A DNA stretch of 64,000 nt from an uncultured Acidobacteriota bacterium (GCA_963813155.1 CAWEYG010000002.1:96001-160000), one strand, 5' to 3'; shown: positions 29,087 through 39,440, counted from the first letter of the stretch. Numbers and translations: made by a program. Notes: a model not told the origin generated them from the letters alone.

Positions 29087-30337
29087 CTAAAGCTTTTTGA
29101 GAAGCAGGCACCCGTTCGTGCCGCCGAAGCCGAAGGAGTTCGTGAGGGCGTAGCGGATCTTCGTTTCCCGCGCGACGTTGGGAACGTAGTCGAGATCGCA
29201 GTCGGGGTCGGGCTCTTCGTAGTTGATCGTCGGCGGGATGACGCCGTGCTTGACGGTCAGCGCGAGGATCCCCATCTCGAGGCCGCCGGCCGCGCCGAGG
29301 AGGTGGCCCGTCATCGATTTCGTCGACGAGATCGCGACTTTCTTCGCCCGGTCGCCGAAGACGCGCTTGACCGCGATCGTCTCGACTTTGTCGCCCAGGG
29401 GCGTCGAGGTCCCGTGCGCGTTGATGTAGTCGATCTCGTCCGCGTTGACGCCCGCGTCGTTCAGGGTGTTCTTCATGACCCGCGCGGGGCCGTCGCCGTC
29501 TTCGGACGGCGCCGAGATGTGGTACGCGTCGCCCGACATTCCGTAGCCGACGAGCTCCGCGTAGATGTCCGCGCCGCGCGCGACGGCCGCGTCCCACTCT
29601 TCGAGGATGACGACGCCGGCGCCCTCGCCGATGACGAAGCCGTCGCGCCCCTTGTCCCAGGGGCGGGACGCGCGCTGCGGCTCGTCGTTGCGCGTCGAAA
29701 GGGCGCGCATCGCCGCGAACCCGCCGACGGCGAGCGGCGTGATGACCGCCTCCGCTCCGCCGGTGATCGCCGCGTCCGCGTCGCCGTACTGGATCATGCG
29801 ATACGCCTCGCCGATCGCGTGCGCGCCGGTCGTGCAGGCGGTGACGGTCGCGAGGTTCGGGCCCTTGGCCCCGTACTTGATCGAGACCTGCCCGGACGGC
29901 ATGTTCGCGATGAGGCCGGGAATGAAAAACGGGGAAAACCGGTCCGGGCCGCCTTCCCACACGCGCCGGTGCTGGCTCTCGATCAGCGGCAGGCCGCCAA
30001 TGCCGGACCCGATGACGACGGCGACGCGCTCGGCGTTTTCGGGCGTGACCTTGAGCCCGGAGTCTTCCATCGCGTGGTGGGTCGCCCCCATCGCGTAGTG
30101 GATGAAGGTGTCCATCTTCTTGATGTCTTTTTTGGAGACGTAGAGGGAGGGGTCGAATCCCTTCACCTCGCCCGCGATCCGCACGGGGTACTGAGACGCG
30201 TCGAACCGCGTGATCGGGCCGACGCCGGAGCGCCCCGCTTTCAGGGCCTCCCAGTTTTCACGCGTGCCGATCCCGAGCGGGGAAACCAGACCCACTCCCG
30301 TGAGAGCCACGCGGCGTGAGGGACCGCGACGAGGCAT
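29087..30337 (-). CDS. fabF: 3-oxoacyl-ACP synthase II
   Basis: TGVGLVSPLG, TACTTG, NAHGTST, KSMTGHLLGAAG, NSFGFGGTN. Confidence 0.97.
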   Translation of the reverse strand: MPRRGPSRRVALTGVGLVSPLGIGTRENWEALKAGRSGVGPITRFDASQYPVRIAGEVKGFDPSLYVSKKDIKKMDTFIHYAMGATHHAMEDSGLKVTPENAERVAVVIGSGIGGLPLIESQHRRVWEGGPDRFSPFFIPGLIANMPSGQVSIKYGAKGPNLATVTACTTGAHAIGEAYRMIQYGDADAAITGGAEAVITPLAVGGFAAMRALSTRNDEPQRASRPWDKGRDGFVIGEGAGVVILEEWDAAVARGADIYAELVGYGMSGDAYHISAPSEDGDGPARVMKNTLNDAGVNADEIDYINAHGTSTPLGDKVETIAVKRVFGDRAKKVAISSTKSMTGHLLGAAGGLEMGILALTVKHGVIPPTINYEEPDPDCDLDYVPNVARETKIRYALTNSFGFGGTNGCLLLKKL

Positions 30338-30340
30338 TTG

Positions 30341-30586
30341 CTAGGTTTTCTGCGCGTGCTTTTCGATGTAGTCGTACGCGTCCTTGACCTTCTGGATCTT
30401 CTCGGCGTCTTCGTCGGGGATCTGGATGTTGAATTCTTCTTCGAACGCCATCACGAGCTCGACCGTGTCGAGCGAGTCGGCGCCGAGGTCGTCCACGAAG
30501 GAGGCCTCCGGCGTCACCTGAGCCGCGTCCACTCCCAGCTGCTCGACGATCTTGCTCTTCACCCGATCCTGAATGCTGTCCGCCAT
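30341..30586 (-). CDS. acpP: Acyl carrier protein
   Basis: [28 protein letters not shown]. Confidence 0.98.
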   Translation of the reverse strand: MADSIQDRVKSKIVEQLGVDAAQVTPEASFVDDLGADSLDTVELVMAFEEEFNIQIPDEDAEKIQKVKDAYDYIEKHAQKT

Positions 30587-30688
30587 CGCTCCTCCTCAGT
30601 TAACAGTCTCCGGAAACGCGTTCCCGCGGAAACCCGCGTATTCTACACGACGGCCTACCCCCCGCAACTCGACGGCCGGGGCCTCCGC

Positions 30689-32431
30689 TCAGAGCGCCGG
30701 GCCGTCGGACCCGAGAAGCTCGTGGCGGATGAGGGTTATCGGGATCGCCCCTTCCTTCAGGAACATGTCGTGGAACCGGCCGAGGTCGAAGGTCCCGGCC
30801 TGTTTGGCCTTCATCTCGTCGCGGAGCTTCACGATCATGAGCTTACCGAGTTGATAGCGGAGGTAGCCGGGATCCTGGGTCCCCCGCAGGGCCTCGACCA
30901 TCGCGTTGTGTGGCGTCATGAAGGCGTTTTTCTGGAAGAAGGCGGCCGCCTCGTCGACGGTCATCCCTTCGGTATGCAACGCGATGCCCACGAGGTACCG
31001 GCAGGCCCGCTGGAGAGCGGCCTGGATCTCCGCCAGCCGGTAGCTCGGGTCGTCTCCGTGGAGCCCCTGGTCGAGCATCATCTCCTCGCAGTAGAGCGCC
31101 CACCCCTCGGAGTTGGCGCCCGACGCGAAAAGCGCGCGCACCGGATCGGGATTCAGCCGGTTGTTGAGAAACTGCGCGTAGTGCCCGGGATACACCTCGT
31201 GCGCGGAGAAGTTCGAAATCGACGGCGCCGAGAAGAACTCGAGCAGCTGCTCGGCCTGCTCGGGCTTCCACGAGGGTTCCGGGAGCGTGACGTTGAAATA
31301 CGCCTGCGTCGCCTTCTCGAACGGTCCGGGCGTGTCCATCGACGCGAACGAGGTGGCGCGCGCGAATGGAGGTGTCTCCTGCACGATCGGCCGGACCTCT
31401 GACGGCAGGGTCGCGAGCCGATGCGAGACGACGAACGCGCGAAGGTCCTCGAGGCCGGCCTTCACCGCCGGGATCACCTGAGTGGCCTCCGGGTGCCGAC
31501 GCGCCATCGTCTCGTACACCTCGGCCGGGGACTTCCCGGGATCGATCTTCGCAGCCGTCTCCCGGAACTGCGCGAGCAGCCGGTCGAGCTCCTTCTTTCC
31601 GATGTCCTCGAGCTTCGAAATCGGCGTCTCGACCATGTCGTCGTCGGCGAGCATGCGCCGGTAGACCTCCGCGCCGATCGCAAAATGGCCGCCCGCCTTC
31701 GGGATCAGGTCGTCTTTCAGCCACTTTTCGTAGCTCCCGATCGCCTCGATCACCCGCGCGTTCTCCTCGGCAAACGTCTTCTTCGCCGGTCCGTCGGGAA
31801 CCGACGCGAAAGCGGCCGGCAGGTCGTTCCGGAAGAAGGAAATCGTGCCGGGCATCTGCTTCAAAGCAATCTCGACGGATATCTTTGGAGTCTCTTCGGG
31901 AGTCAGCATCACGCGAGCAGCGGCGAGATTGGCAAGCGAAGCTCGCTCTCGAGCGGTCGCGAGGCGCATCCGCTCGGCCAGCGGCGCGAAGTCGCGCTTG
32001 ATCAACCCGTAAATCGCGGCGGTCGGCAGATAGGAACCCGGATTCACGCGGGCCGTCTTCCATTCCGTTTCGCGGAGGACCTGGCCGTCGATGCACGCGA
32101 GCAACCATTCCCGATCCGTCTCCTCCCGGGGCGAGAGAGTCCGCGCGTCGATCGATGAGAACGTTTTTTTCCATGCGAGCGCTCCGGCGAGACGCCGGCG
32201 ACCGCCCTCGGCGGACCGGTCCGTGACGCTCTCGTCGTAACGATGCTCCCCTGCCTCCGTGGCGCGCTCGGGATGGAGGCGGAAGTCCTCCTGGACAAAC
32301 CGGTTCACCTCTTCCCGGAACGCGGTGTCTCCGGAGCCGGCCACCGGGACCGGCGACTCGGCCACGACGGCCGGGGGAGCGGCCGCCATCGAAACGGCCA
32401 GAACGGCAAACGGAATCCACAGCTTCGGCAT
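30689..32431 (-). CDS. DUF885 family secreted protein
   Basis: Starts MPKLWIPFAV after an AGGAG SD. HEVYPGHYAQ, EGWALYCEEMM, PGYLRYQLGKL, FHDMFL. Confidence 0.88.
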   Translation of the reverse strand: MPKLWIPFAVLAVSMAAAPPAVVAESPVPVAGSGDTAFREEVNRFVQEDFRLHPERATEAGEHRYDESVTDRSAEGGRRRLAGALAWKKTFSSIDARTLSPREETDREWLLACIDGQVLRETEWKTARVNPGSYLPTAAIYGLIKRDFAPLAERMRLATARERASLANLAAARVMLTPEETPKISVEIALKQMPGTISFFRNDLPAAFASVPDGPAKKTFAEENARVIEAIGSYEKWLKDDLIPKAGGHFAIGAEVYRRMLADDDMVETPISKLEDIGKKELDRLLAQFRETAAKIDPGKSPAEVYETMARRHPEATQVIPAVKAGLEDLRAFVVSHRLATLPSEVRPIVQETPPFARATSFASMDTPGPFEKATQAYFNVTLPEPSWKPEQAEQLLEFFSAPSISNFSAHEVYPGHYAQFLNNRLNPDPVRALFASGANSEGWALYCEEMMLDQGLHGDDPSYRLAEIQAALQRACRYLVGIALHTEGMTVDEAAAFFQKNAFMTPHNAMVEALRGTQDPGYLRYQLGKLMIVKLRDEMKAKQAGTFDLGRFHDMFLKEGAIPITLIRHELLGSDGPAL

Positions 32432-32442
32432 CGTCGGTCTCC

Positions 32443-33184
32443 TCACATGTACAGCCCGCCGGACACGTTCAGCACGTGGCCGGTGACGTACGACGCGTCG
32501 TCGGACGCGAGAAACGCGATGGCCGCCGCGATGTCGTCGGGCGTTCCGAGCCGCTGCAGCGGGAATCTGGGATTCGAGCGTCTGTTTCGCCGCGTCGGTC
32601 ATCTTCTCGGTCATCGAGGTCGCGATGTAGCCCGGCGCGACGGCGTTGATCGTGATGTTGCGCGACCCCACTTCGCGCGCGAGCGACTTCGTCAGGCCCA
32701 CGAGGCCAGCTTTCGCGGACGCGTAGTTCGCCTGGCCCGCGTTGCCCATGAGCCCGACGACCGAGGTCACGTTGACGATCCGCCCGAAACGGTTCCGCAC
32801 CATCGCCTTCACGGCGGCCTGCGAGAGAAGAAAGGCGCCCGTCAGGTTCGTCGCGAGCACGCGGTCCCACGAATCCCGGCTCATCCGGAGGATCAGGTTG
32901 TCCTCCGTGATTCCCGCGTTGTTGACGAGCACGTCGAGCCGGCCGTGCTTCTCGAGAAGAGACTTCATGCCGGCGGCGATCGACTCGGCGCTCGCGACGT
33001 CGAGCGTGAGCGCCTCCGCCGAGCCGCCATCGGCGGCGATCCGCGCGACGAGCGCGGAGAGCTTCTCGGCTGTTCGCGCCGCGCAGATCGTCGTTGCGCC
33101 TTCGCGCGCGAAACGGACGGCGATCGCCTCGCCGATCCCCTGCGAAGCGCCCGTGACGAGCGCGATCTTGCCTTTCAGACGCAT
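32443..33184 (-). CDS. fabG: 3-oxoacyl-ACP reductase (apparent +1 frameshift at 32561-32563)
   Basis: [28 protein letters not shown]. After the shift [13 protein letters not shown]...[15 protein letters not shown]. Confidence 0.95.
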
Positions 33185-33269
33185 GAAGCCCTCCCGATGC
33201 GCGGGAGCTTACCAGATGAATTCGCTCGCGGCGACCGACGCAGGCCTTGGCGCCCAGCAGGGGCGAGGC

Positions 33270-33310
33270 GAGCGAAAGCACGAGAGCGGCCGGGGCCAAC
33301 GCGCCGGCGC
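33270..33310 (+). repeat. 41-bp repeat module, copy 2
   Basis: GAGCGAAAGCACGAGAGCGGCCGGGGCCAACGCGCCGGCGC, matches 13972-14012. Confidence 0.8.
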
Positions 33311-33314
33311 AGGC

Positions 33315-33374
33315 TGGTCTCTGAGATCCCGAGGGAAAGCGAACTGCGGCCGAGGGTCGAAGAGACTTGCCGAG
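33315..33374 (+). repeat. 60-bp direct repeat, left of the hydroxyproline operon
   Basis: 53/60 identical to 39381-39440 (core GAGATCCCGAGGGAAAGCGAAYTGCGGCCGAGGGTCGA). Confidence 0.88.
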
Positions 33375-33419
33375 ACCGGCGCTGGAGCCTCGGCCGCGAT
33401 CGAGCGCGAGCGCTCGCTC

Positions 33420-33428
33420 TGTTATGAT
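33420..33428 (+). promoter_or_regulatory. Extended -10 element (TGnTATGAT) for the hydroxyproline operon
   Basis: TGTTATGAT 11 nt before ATG 33440, with no SD in between. Confidence 0.45.
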
Positions 33429-33439
33429 CCCGCTTCGCG

Positions 33440-34891
33440 ATGTCGAGCTCTGCAGCGCCCCGGTTGGAATCTTTCATCGGGGGAAAGTTCGAGCCGGCAA
33501 GCGGACCGTTTCACGACGACATCAATCCCTCCGACCGTTCCGACGTGATCGCCCTCGTGCCCGCGGGAGCTCCCGAAGACGCGGCGCGGGCGGCGCGGGC
33601 GGCCGAAAACGCTTTCGAAGCCTGGAGGGAGCGGTCCGGGCCCCAGCGCGCCGACGCGCTCGGCCGATGGGCGGACGCGATCCACGCGCGGCGCGAAGAG
33701 ATGGCCTCCGCGATGTCGCGCGAGGTCGGCAAACCGATCACCGAGGCCCGCGGCGAGGTCGCGCGCTGCACGACGATCCTCCGCTATTACGCCGGCGAAG
33801 CGGTCCGCGCGTCGGGCGACGTCATCCCCGCGCAATCGCCCGGGGCGCTGCAGTTCACGCTTCGCGAGCCGCTCGGCGTCGTCGCGCTCGTCACCCCCTG
33901 GAACTTCCCCCTCGCGATCCCGCTGTGGAAGGCGGCGCCCGCGCTCGCGTTCGGCAACACGGTCGTCCTGAAGCCGGCCGAAGCGTCCTCGAAGATGGCG
34001 TCGCTGCTCGCCGAAACGGCCCTTGCCGCGGAGCTTCCCGCCGGAGTCTTCAACGTGCTGCTCGGCTCCGGGGCCGTCGTCGGCAAGGCGCTGCTCGCGG
34101 AACCCGGCGTCCGCGCCGTGAGCTTCACGGGATCCGGGACGGTCGGCGCGTCCGTCGCCGCGGCCGCGGCGGCGCGCAACATCCGCTATCAAACCGAAAT
34201 GGGCGGGAAAAACGTCGTCATCGTCGCCGAGGACGCGGACCTCGACCTCGCGGCCACGCTCACGGCGTCCGGCGCGATGCGCTACGCGGGACAGAAATGC
34301 ACGGCGACCAGCCGGGCGGTCGTCTCCCGGAAAATCGAACAGAGCTTCCTCGCGAAGCTCCGCGAAAAGATCGAGGCGCTGCCGCTCGGGCCGGTCGACG
34401 ACCCCGCCGCCGCGATCGGGCCGCTCATCAACGCGGAAGCCCACTCTTCCGTCCGCGAGGCGCTCCGCCGCGAGGGGCGCGAGAAGATCTGGGGCGGCAA
34501 ACTCCCGGAGGACGCCCGATTCGCGAAGGGGTTCTACAGCGCGCCGGCGCTCGTCCTGCAGCCCGAGCCCGATTCGGAAATTGCCCGCGAGGAGCTCTTC
34601 GGCCCGGTCCTCGCGACGTTTTCCGCCGGCGACCTCGAGGAAGCCATCGAGATCGCAAACCGCACCCGTTACGGCTTGAGCGCGTCGATCTTCACGCGCG
34701 ATCTGCCGACGGCCTTCCGCTTCGTCCGGAAGATCGAGGCGGGTCTCGTGCGAGTCAACGGCGACACGACCGGCGTCGATCCCCATGCGCCGTTCGGCGG
34801 AATGAAGGGCTCCAGCTCCGGAAGCCGCGAGCAGGGCCCCGCGGCGCGGGAGTTCTACACGGAAATCAAGACGGTTCAGATCCAGCCATGA
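33440..34891 (+). CDS. Aldehyde dehydrogenase, likely alpha-ketoglutaric semialdehyde dehydrogenase
   Basis: TPWNFP, LKPAE, SFTGS, EMGGKN, GQKCTATSR, EELFGP, PFGGMKGSS. Operon context. Confidence 0.85.
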   Translation: MSSSAAPRLESFIGGKFEPASGPFHDDINPSDRSDVIALVPAGAPEDAARAARAAENAFEAWRERSGPQRADALGRWADAIHARREEMASAMSREVGKPITEARGEVARCTTILRYYAGEAVRASGDVIPAQSPGALQFTLREPLGVVALVTPWNFPLAIPLWKAAPALAFGNTVVLKPAEASSKMASLLAETALAAELPAGVFNVLLGSGAVVGKALLAEPGVRAVSFTGSGTVGASVAAAAAARNIRYQTEMGGKNVVIVAEDADLDLAATLTASGAMRYAGQKCTATSRAVVSRKIEQSFLAKLREKIEALPLGPVDDPAAAIGPLINAEAHSSVREALRREGREKIWGGKLPEDARFAKGFYSAPALVLQPEPDSEIAREELFGPVLATFSAGDLEEAIEIANRTRYGLSASIFTRDLPTAFRFVRKIEAGLVRVNGDTTGVDPHAPFGGMKGSSSGSREQGPAAREFYTEIKTVQIQP

Positions 34892-35838
34892 CCCCGCTTC
34901 CCGAAGCGGTCCGCGTCGTCGATTCCCACACCGAGGGAGAGCCCACTCGAGTCGTGATCTCGGGGTGGCCGCAGCCGGAGGGCAAGACGATGGCGGATCG
35001 CCGCGCCGACATGAAGGCGAGGTTCGACCTGTATCGGCGAGCCGTGATCTGCGAGCCGCGGGGCCACGAGGCGGTCGTCGGCGCGCTGCTCACTCCCCCG
35101 GTGAACGACGGCTCCCTCACGGGCGTCGTCTTCTTCGACAACGCCGCGTACCTGGGAATGTGCGGGCACGGCTCGATCGGCGTCGTCCGAACGCTGGAGC
35201 ACCTCGGCCGGATCGGCCCGGGCCCGGTCTCCCTCGACACGCCGGCGGGAACGATCCGCGCGCAGCTCGACGCCGACGGGTCGGTCGAGATCGAAAACGT
35301 TCCCGCGAAGTGCCACAAGCGCGGAGTGACCGTGGAAGTCCCGGGCGTCGGAAGCGTGACGGGAGACGTCGCGTACGGAGGCAACTGGTTCTTCCTCACC
35401 GAGCTGCCGGCCGACCTTCGGATGTCCAACGTCGAGGAATTGACGCGCGTGACGAAGGCGATTTCGTCGGCATTGCGCGCGGAGAGCATCACCGGATCCG
35501 CAGGAGAAGAGATCGACCACGTCATCCTGTTCGGAAAGGCGGATCGGCCCGACGCCGACGCGAAGAACTTCGTGCTCTGTCCGGGCGCCGCCTACGACCG
35601 CTCGCCGTGCGGCACGGGGACATCGGCCACGATGGCCATCCGCTATGCGAAGGGGCTACTCGCGCCGGACGCGAAGTGGCGGCAGGAAAGCATCACGGGC
35701 AGCGTCTTCACCGGCTGGCTCGCGCGGCGCGGCGCCGACCTGATCCCGCACATCCGGGGCACGGCGTACATCACGGGCGACTCCACCCTGTATTTCGACC
35801 CGCGCGACCCGTTCCTGCTGGGAATCCCGCAGGGGTGA
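34888..35838 (+). CDS. 4-hydroxyproline 2-epimerase (proline racemase family)
   Basis: DSHTEGEPTR, EPRGH, two catalytic Cys (MCGHG, DRSPCGTG), DVAYGGNWF. Confidence 0.9.
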   Translation: MTPLPEAVRVVDSHTEGEPTRVVISGWPQPEGKTMADRRADMKARFDLYRRAVICEPRGHEAVVGALLTPPVNDGSLTGVVFFDNAAYLGMCGHGSIGVVRTLEHLGRIGPGPVSLDTPAGTIRAQLDADGSVEIENVPAKCHKRGVTVEVPGVGSVTGDVAYGGNWFFLTELPADLRMSNVEELTRVTKAISSALRAESITGSAGEEIDHVILFGKADRPDADAKNFVLCPGAAYDRSPCGTGTSATMAIRYAKGLLAPDAKWRQESITGSVFTGWLARRGADLIPHIRGTAYITGDSTLYFDPRDPFLLGIPQG

Positions 35839-36941
35839 GCGCCTCCGCCGACGCCATCGTCGTCGGGGCGGGAATCGTGGGAGCCGCCACGGCCGAGGCC
35901 CTCGCGCGGGAGGGGATGCGCGTCACGATTCTGGACTCCCGCTTCGCCGCGGCAGGCACGACCGCCGCGGGAATGGGTCACCTCGTCGCGATGGACGATT
36001 CTGAGGCCCAGCTCTCGCTGACCGACTACTCCAACCGACTGTGGCGCTCGCTCGCGAAGGAGCTTCCCCCCTCGAACGAATACGATCCGTGCGGAACGCT
36101 CTGGATCGCGGAGGACGCGGAGCAGCTGGACGCCGTCGAGAAGAAACGACTCGCCTACTCGCGCGCCGGGATCGCCGCGGAGAGCGTGGATGCGGCCGGC
36201 CTCGCCGCTCTCGAGCCGAATCTCCGACCGGGACTCGGCGGGGCGCTTCGGATTCCGGGAGACGCGGTCCTCTATCCCCCCGCGGCCACCCTCGTCCTTC
36301 TGGCGCGGGCCCGGGAGCTCGGCGCGAGGCTTCGCGAAGGCTGCCGCGTCGATTCCCTGTCGGCAAACGCCGTTTCGGCGGACGGCGAAACGCTTCGGGC
36401 GGCAGTCGTCGTCAACGCCGCGGGCGCAGAAGCCGGTCGCCTGACTCCCGAGCTCCCAATCGTCCCGCGCAAGGGACACCTCGTCATCACCGACCGCTTC
36501 CCCGGTTTTTGCCGGCACCAAATCGTCGAGCTCGGATACCTGGCATCTGCCCACTCGATCTCAGGATCTTCCGTCGCATTCAACGTCCAGCCGCGAAAGA
36601 CGGGCCAGATTCTGATCGGGTCCTCGCGAGAAATGGCGGGATGGGACGCCGCCATCAATCCTCCGCTCGTCCGCCAGATGCTGGCGCGCGCGATCGATTT
36701 CCTTCCGGGCCTGCGCCGGATGACGGCGATCCGCACGTGGACGGGGTTTCGGCCGGCGACTCCCGACAAGCTTCCGCTGATCGGCCGCTGGCCCGGTACT
36801 CCGGGGCTCTGGATCGCCGCCGGCCACGAGGGTCTGGGAATCACGACTTCGCTCGGCACGGCTGCCCTTCTTGCCGACCTGATTCTCGGGCGGGCTCCGG
36901 CGATCGACGCCGCGCCCTTTGATCCCTCGAGAATCCAATGA
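35835..36941 (+). CDS. FAD-dependent oxidoreductase, D-hydroxyproline dehydrogenase beta-like subunit
   Basis: VVGAGIVG, TTAAGMGHL, PRKGHL, WTGFRPATPD, GHEGLGITTSLGTA. Confidence 0.85.
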   Translation: MSASADAIVVGAGIVGAATAEALAREGMRVTILDSRFAAAGTTAAGMGHLVAMDDSEAQLSLTDYSNRLWRSLAKELPPSNEYDPCGTLWIAEDAEQLDAVEKKRLAYSRAGIAAESVDAAGLAALEPNLRPGLGGALRIPGDAVLYPPAATLVLLARARELGARLREGCRVDSLSANAVSADGETLRAAVVVNAAGAEAGRLTPELPIVPRKGHLVITDRFPGFCRHQIVELGYLASAHSISGSSVAFNVQPRKTGQILIGSSREMAGWDAAINPPLVRQMLARAIDFLPGLRRMTAIRTWTGFRPATPDKLPLIGRWPGTPGLWIAAGHEGLGITTSLGTAALLADLILGRAPAIDAAPFDPSRIQ

Positions 36942-38457
36942 GCGATTTCGACATTTCGATCAACGGACGGAAGCTCCGGGTCGCCCCCGGCTCGACCGCC
37001 GCGGCGGCGCTCTGGAACGCAGGCGAGACCGCGTTTCGGACTTCGGTCACGGGCACTCCCCGGGGTCCCCTCTGCGCGATGGGAACGTGCTTCGAGTGCC
37101 GGGCGACGATCGACGGGGTCGAGCACCGGCGGTCGTGCCTCGACTCCGGCGCGCCGTCGGAGAAGCTCGAGAGCGAGAACGATCGCTTCGACATCGCCGT
37201 CGTCGGAGCCGGGACCCGCCGGAATCGCCGCCGCCGTCTCCGCGTCGGAGGCGGGCAAGCGCGTCGTCGTTCTCGATTCCGGGGCGCGAGCGGGAGGACA
37301 GATCTGGCGGGGCGGTTCCCGCGCGACCGCTGCCGCCCGCGGCCGCGAAATGGCTCGACGCCCTCGAACGCTCCCGAGCCGTCGTCGTGCCGGGCGCCGA
37401 CGTCCTCGCGATCTCGCCCGGATTCCGGATCGCGGTTCAACGGGGAAGCGAAGCCGTCGCGCTCGCGGCGGAACGCGTCGTGCTCGCAAGCGGCGCGCGC
37501 GAACGGTTCCTGCCGTTTCCCGGCTGGACGCTTCCGAACGTCTTCGGGATCGGCGGCGCGCAGGCGCTCGCGAAATCGGGGGCGTCGTTCCGGGGTAAGC
37601 GCGTCGTCCTCGCGGGCTCGGGACCGCTGCTGCTTCCCGCCGCAGCGACGCTTTCCAAAGGCGGAGCGAACGTCGTTCTCGTCGCCGAACAGGCCCCCGC
37701 CGCGCGGGTCGCGCTCTTCGCCGCGGGTCTCTGGCGCTCGCCGCGCCTGTGGGCCGACGCGGCGCGCTACCGACGGGCTTTCGCGCCGGCCCGGTATGCC
37801 ACGGGGACCTGGGCCGTCGAGGCCCGCGGAGACGACCGGATTTCCGAGGTCGTCCTGACGAACGGGCGCCGCCGCTGGACGGAACGCTGCGACGTGCTCT
37901 GCACCGGGTACGGCCTCGTCCCGAACACGGAGCTCGCGCGCCTGCTCGGGTGCGAGATGGACGGAGAGGCCGTCGCCGTCGACGCGCGGCAGGAAACGTC
38001 GGTCCGCGGAGTTTTCTGCGCCGGGGAGCCGACCGGAATCGGAGGCGTCGACCTCGCGATCCTCGAGGGCGAGATCGCCGGAGCCTGCGCCGCGGGCGAG
38101 GGTCAGCCCGCGGACCTGCAGATCGCTGCTCGGCGGCGCCTCCGCGGCTACGCCGCGAGGCTCGATCGCGCCTTCCGGCTGCGCCGCGAGCTTCGCGGGA
38201 TGGCTTCTCCCGACACGATCGTCTGCCGGTGCGAGGACGTTCGCCTCGGCGAGCTCGATCCCTCCTGGTCTCCCCGCCAGGCGAAGCTCTACACGCGCGC
38301 CGGCATGGGGCCCTGCCAGGGACGGGTCTGCGGACCCGCGCTCGCGTTCCACTTCGGCTGGGGGCCGGACCGGGTGCAATTTCCCGTCTTCCCCGCGTCG
38401 ATCGGAGCGATGATCGAGACTCTGGATTCCGAACCTCGAAAGAAGGAGAACGAATGA
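36938..38457 (+). CDS. Fused [2Fe-2S] (gamma) and FAD-binding (alpha) D-hydroxyproline dehydrogenase subunit (apparent +1 frameshifts near 37212 and 37320)
   Basis: CAMGTCFEC...RSC runs in frame into DIAVVGAG. Then GARERFLPFPGWTLP, GSGPLL, AGEPTGIGG, VCRCEDV, GMGPCQGRVC. Confidence 0.78.
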
Positions 38458-39354
38458 AGAAAACCGACTGGCACGGAGTCCTCCCCGCGATCACGACGCC
38501 ATTTCGCGAGGACCTCTCGATCGATTTCGATTCGCTCCAGCGCCACGTGTCGTGGCTGATCGAGAACGGCTGCCGCGGCGCGGTCGCGCTCGGCTCGCTC
38601 GGCGAATCGGCGACGCTCGCCTTCGACGAGAAGGTCGAGATCCTGAAGGCCTGCCGCCGGGCCGCGGGGGCCGGGTTCGTCGTCGCGGGAATCGCGGGCC
38701 TGTCGACCTCCGAGTGCGTGTCGCTCGCCCGCGCGGCGGAATCCGCCGGATGCGACGGCCTGATGGCGCTTCCGCCGTACGTCTACCGGGGCGACTGGCG
38801 GGAGACGGAGGCTCACTACTCGGCGGTCATCGCCGCGACGCCGCTCTCCTGCATGCTGTACAACAACCCGATCGCGTACGGGACCGACGTGACGCCCGAC
38901 CAGATGGGCCTCCTGTCGGCGAAGCATCCGAACCTGCACTCGGTGAAGGAATCGAGCGGCGACGTGCGGCGCGTCACGGGAATCCGGGAGGTCCTGGCGG
39001 ACCGCCTCGCGATTTTCATCGGCGTCGACGACCTGATCGTCGAGGGGATCGCGGCCGGCGCCGTCGGATGGATCGCCGGCCTCGTGAACGCGTTTCCGGC
39101 CGAATCCGTCCTGCTGTTCGATCTCGCGCGCGACGGCAAGGCGGAAGAAGCCCGGCGCCTCTACGAGTGGTTCCTGCCGCTGCTGCGCCTCGACGTCGTG
39201 CCGAAGTTCGTCCAGCTGATCAAGCTCGTGCAGCAGGAGGTCGGCCGCGGCAGCGAGCGCGTGCGCCCGCCGCGGCTGCAGATCGTCGGGAGACGAGCGG
39301 GAAGCGACGTTCGAAGTCATTCGAACGGCGCTGCGTACACGGGGAACGCTGTAG
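38454..39354 (+). CDS. DHDPS-family Delta1-pyrroline-4-hydroxy-2-carboxylate deaminase (apparent +1 frameshift near 39289)
   Basis: WHGVLPAITTPF, LGSLGE, LYNNP, VKESSGD, GVDD, PKFVQLIKL. Corrected frame ends ...TRGTL* at 39354. Confidence 0.85.
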
Positions 39355-39380
39355 AAAACTCCTCGCCGAGGTTCGCGAGA

Positions 39381-39440
39381 TGGCCTCCGAGATCCCGAGG
39401 GAAAGCGAATTGCGGCCGAGGGTCGAGGAGAATTATCGAG
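39381..39440 (+). repeat. 60-bp direct repeat, right of the hydroxyproline operon
   Basis: Matches 33315-33374 with 7 mismatches. Confidence 0.88.

Noticed and set aside
30689-33184. 831-aa FabG-DUF885 fusion in the ORF track
   Set aside because: Artifact of one extra base at 32561-32563. The corrected fabG stops at 32443 and DUF885 has its own SD, ATG and signal peptide.
35835-38457. Hydrogen cyanide synthase hcnABC or opine oxidase
   Set aside because: Same protein families, but the flanking epimerase, DHDPS-like deaminase and aldehyde dehydrogenase point to hydroxyproline catabolism.
38454-39354. dapA (lysine biosynthesis)
   Set aside because: It has GSLGE rather than GTTGE, plus GVDD, and sits in the Hyp operon.
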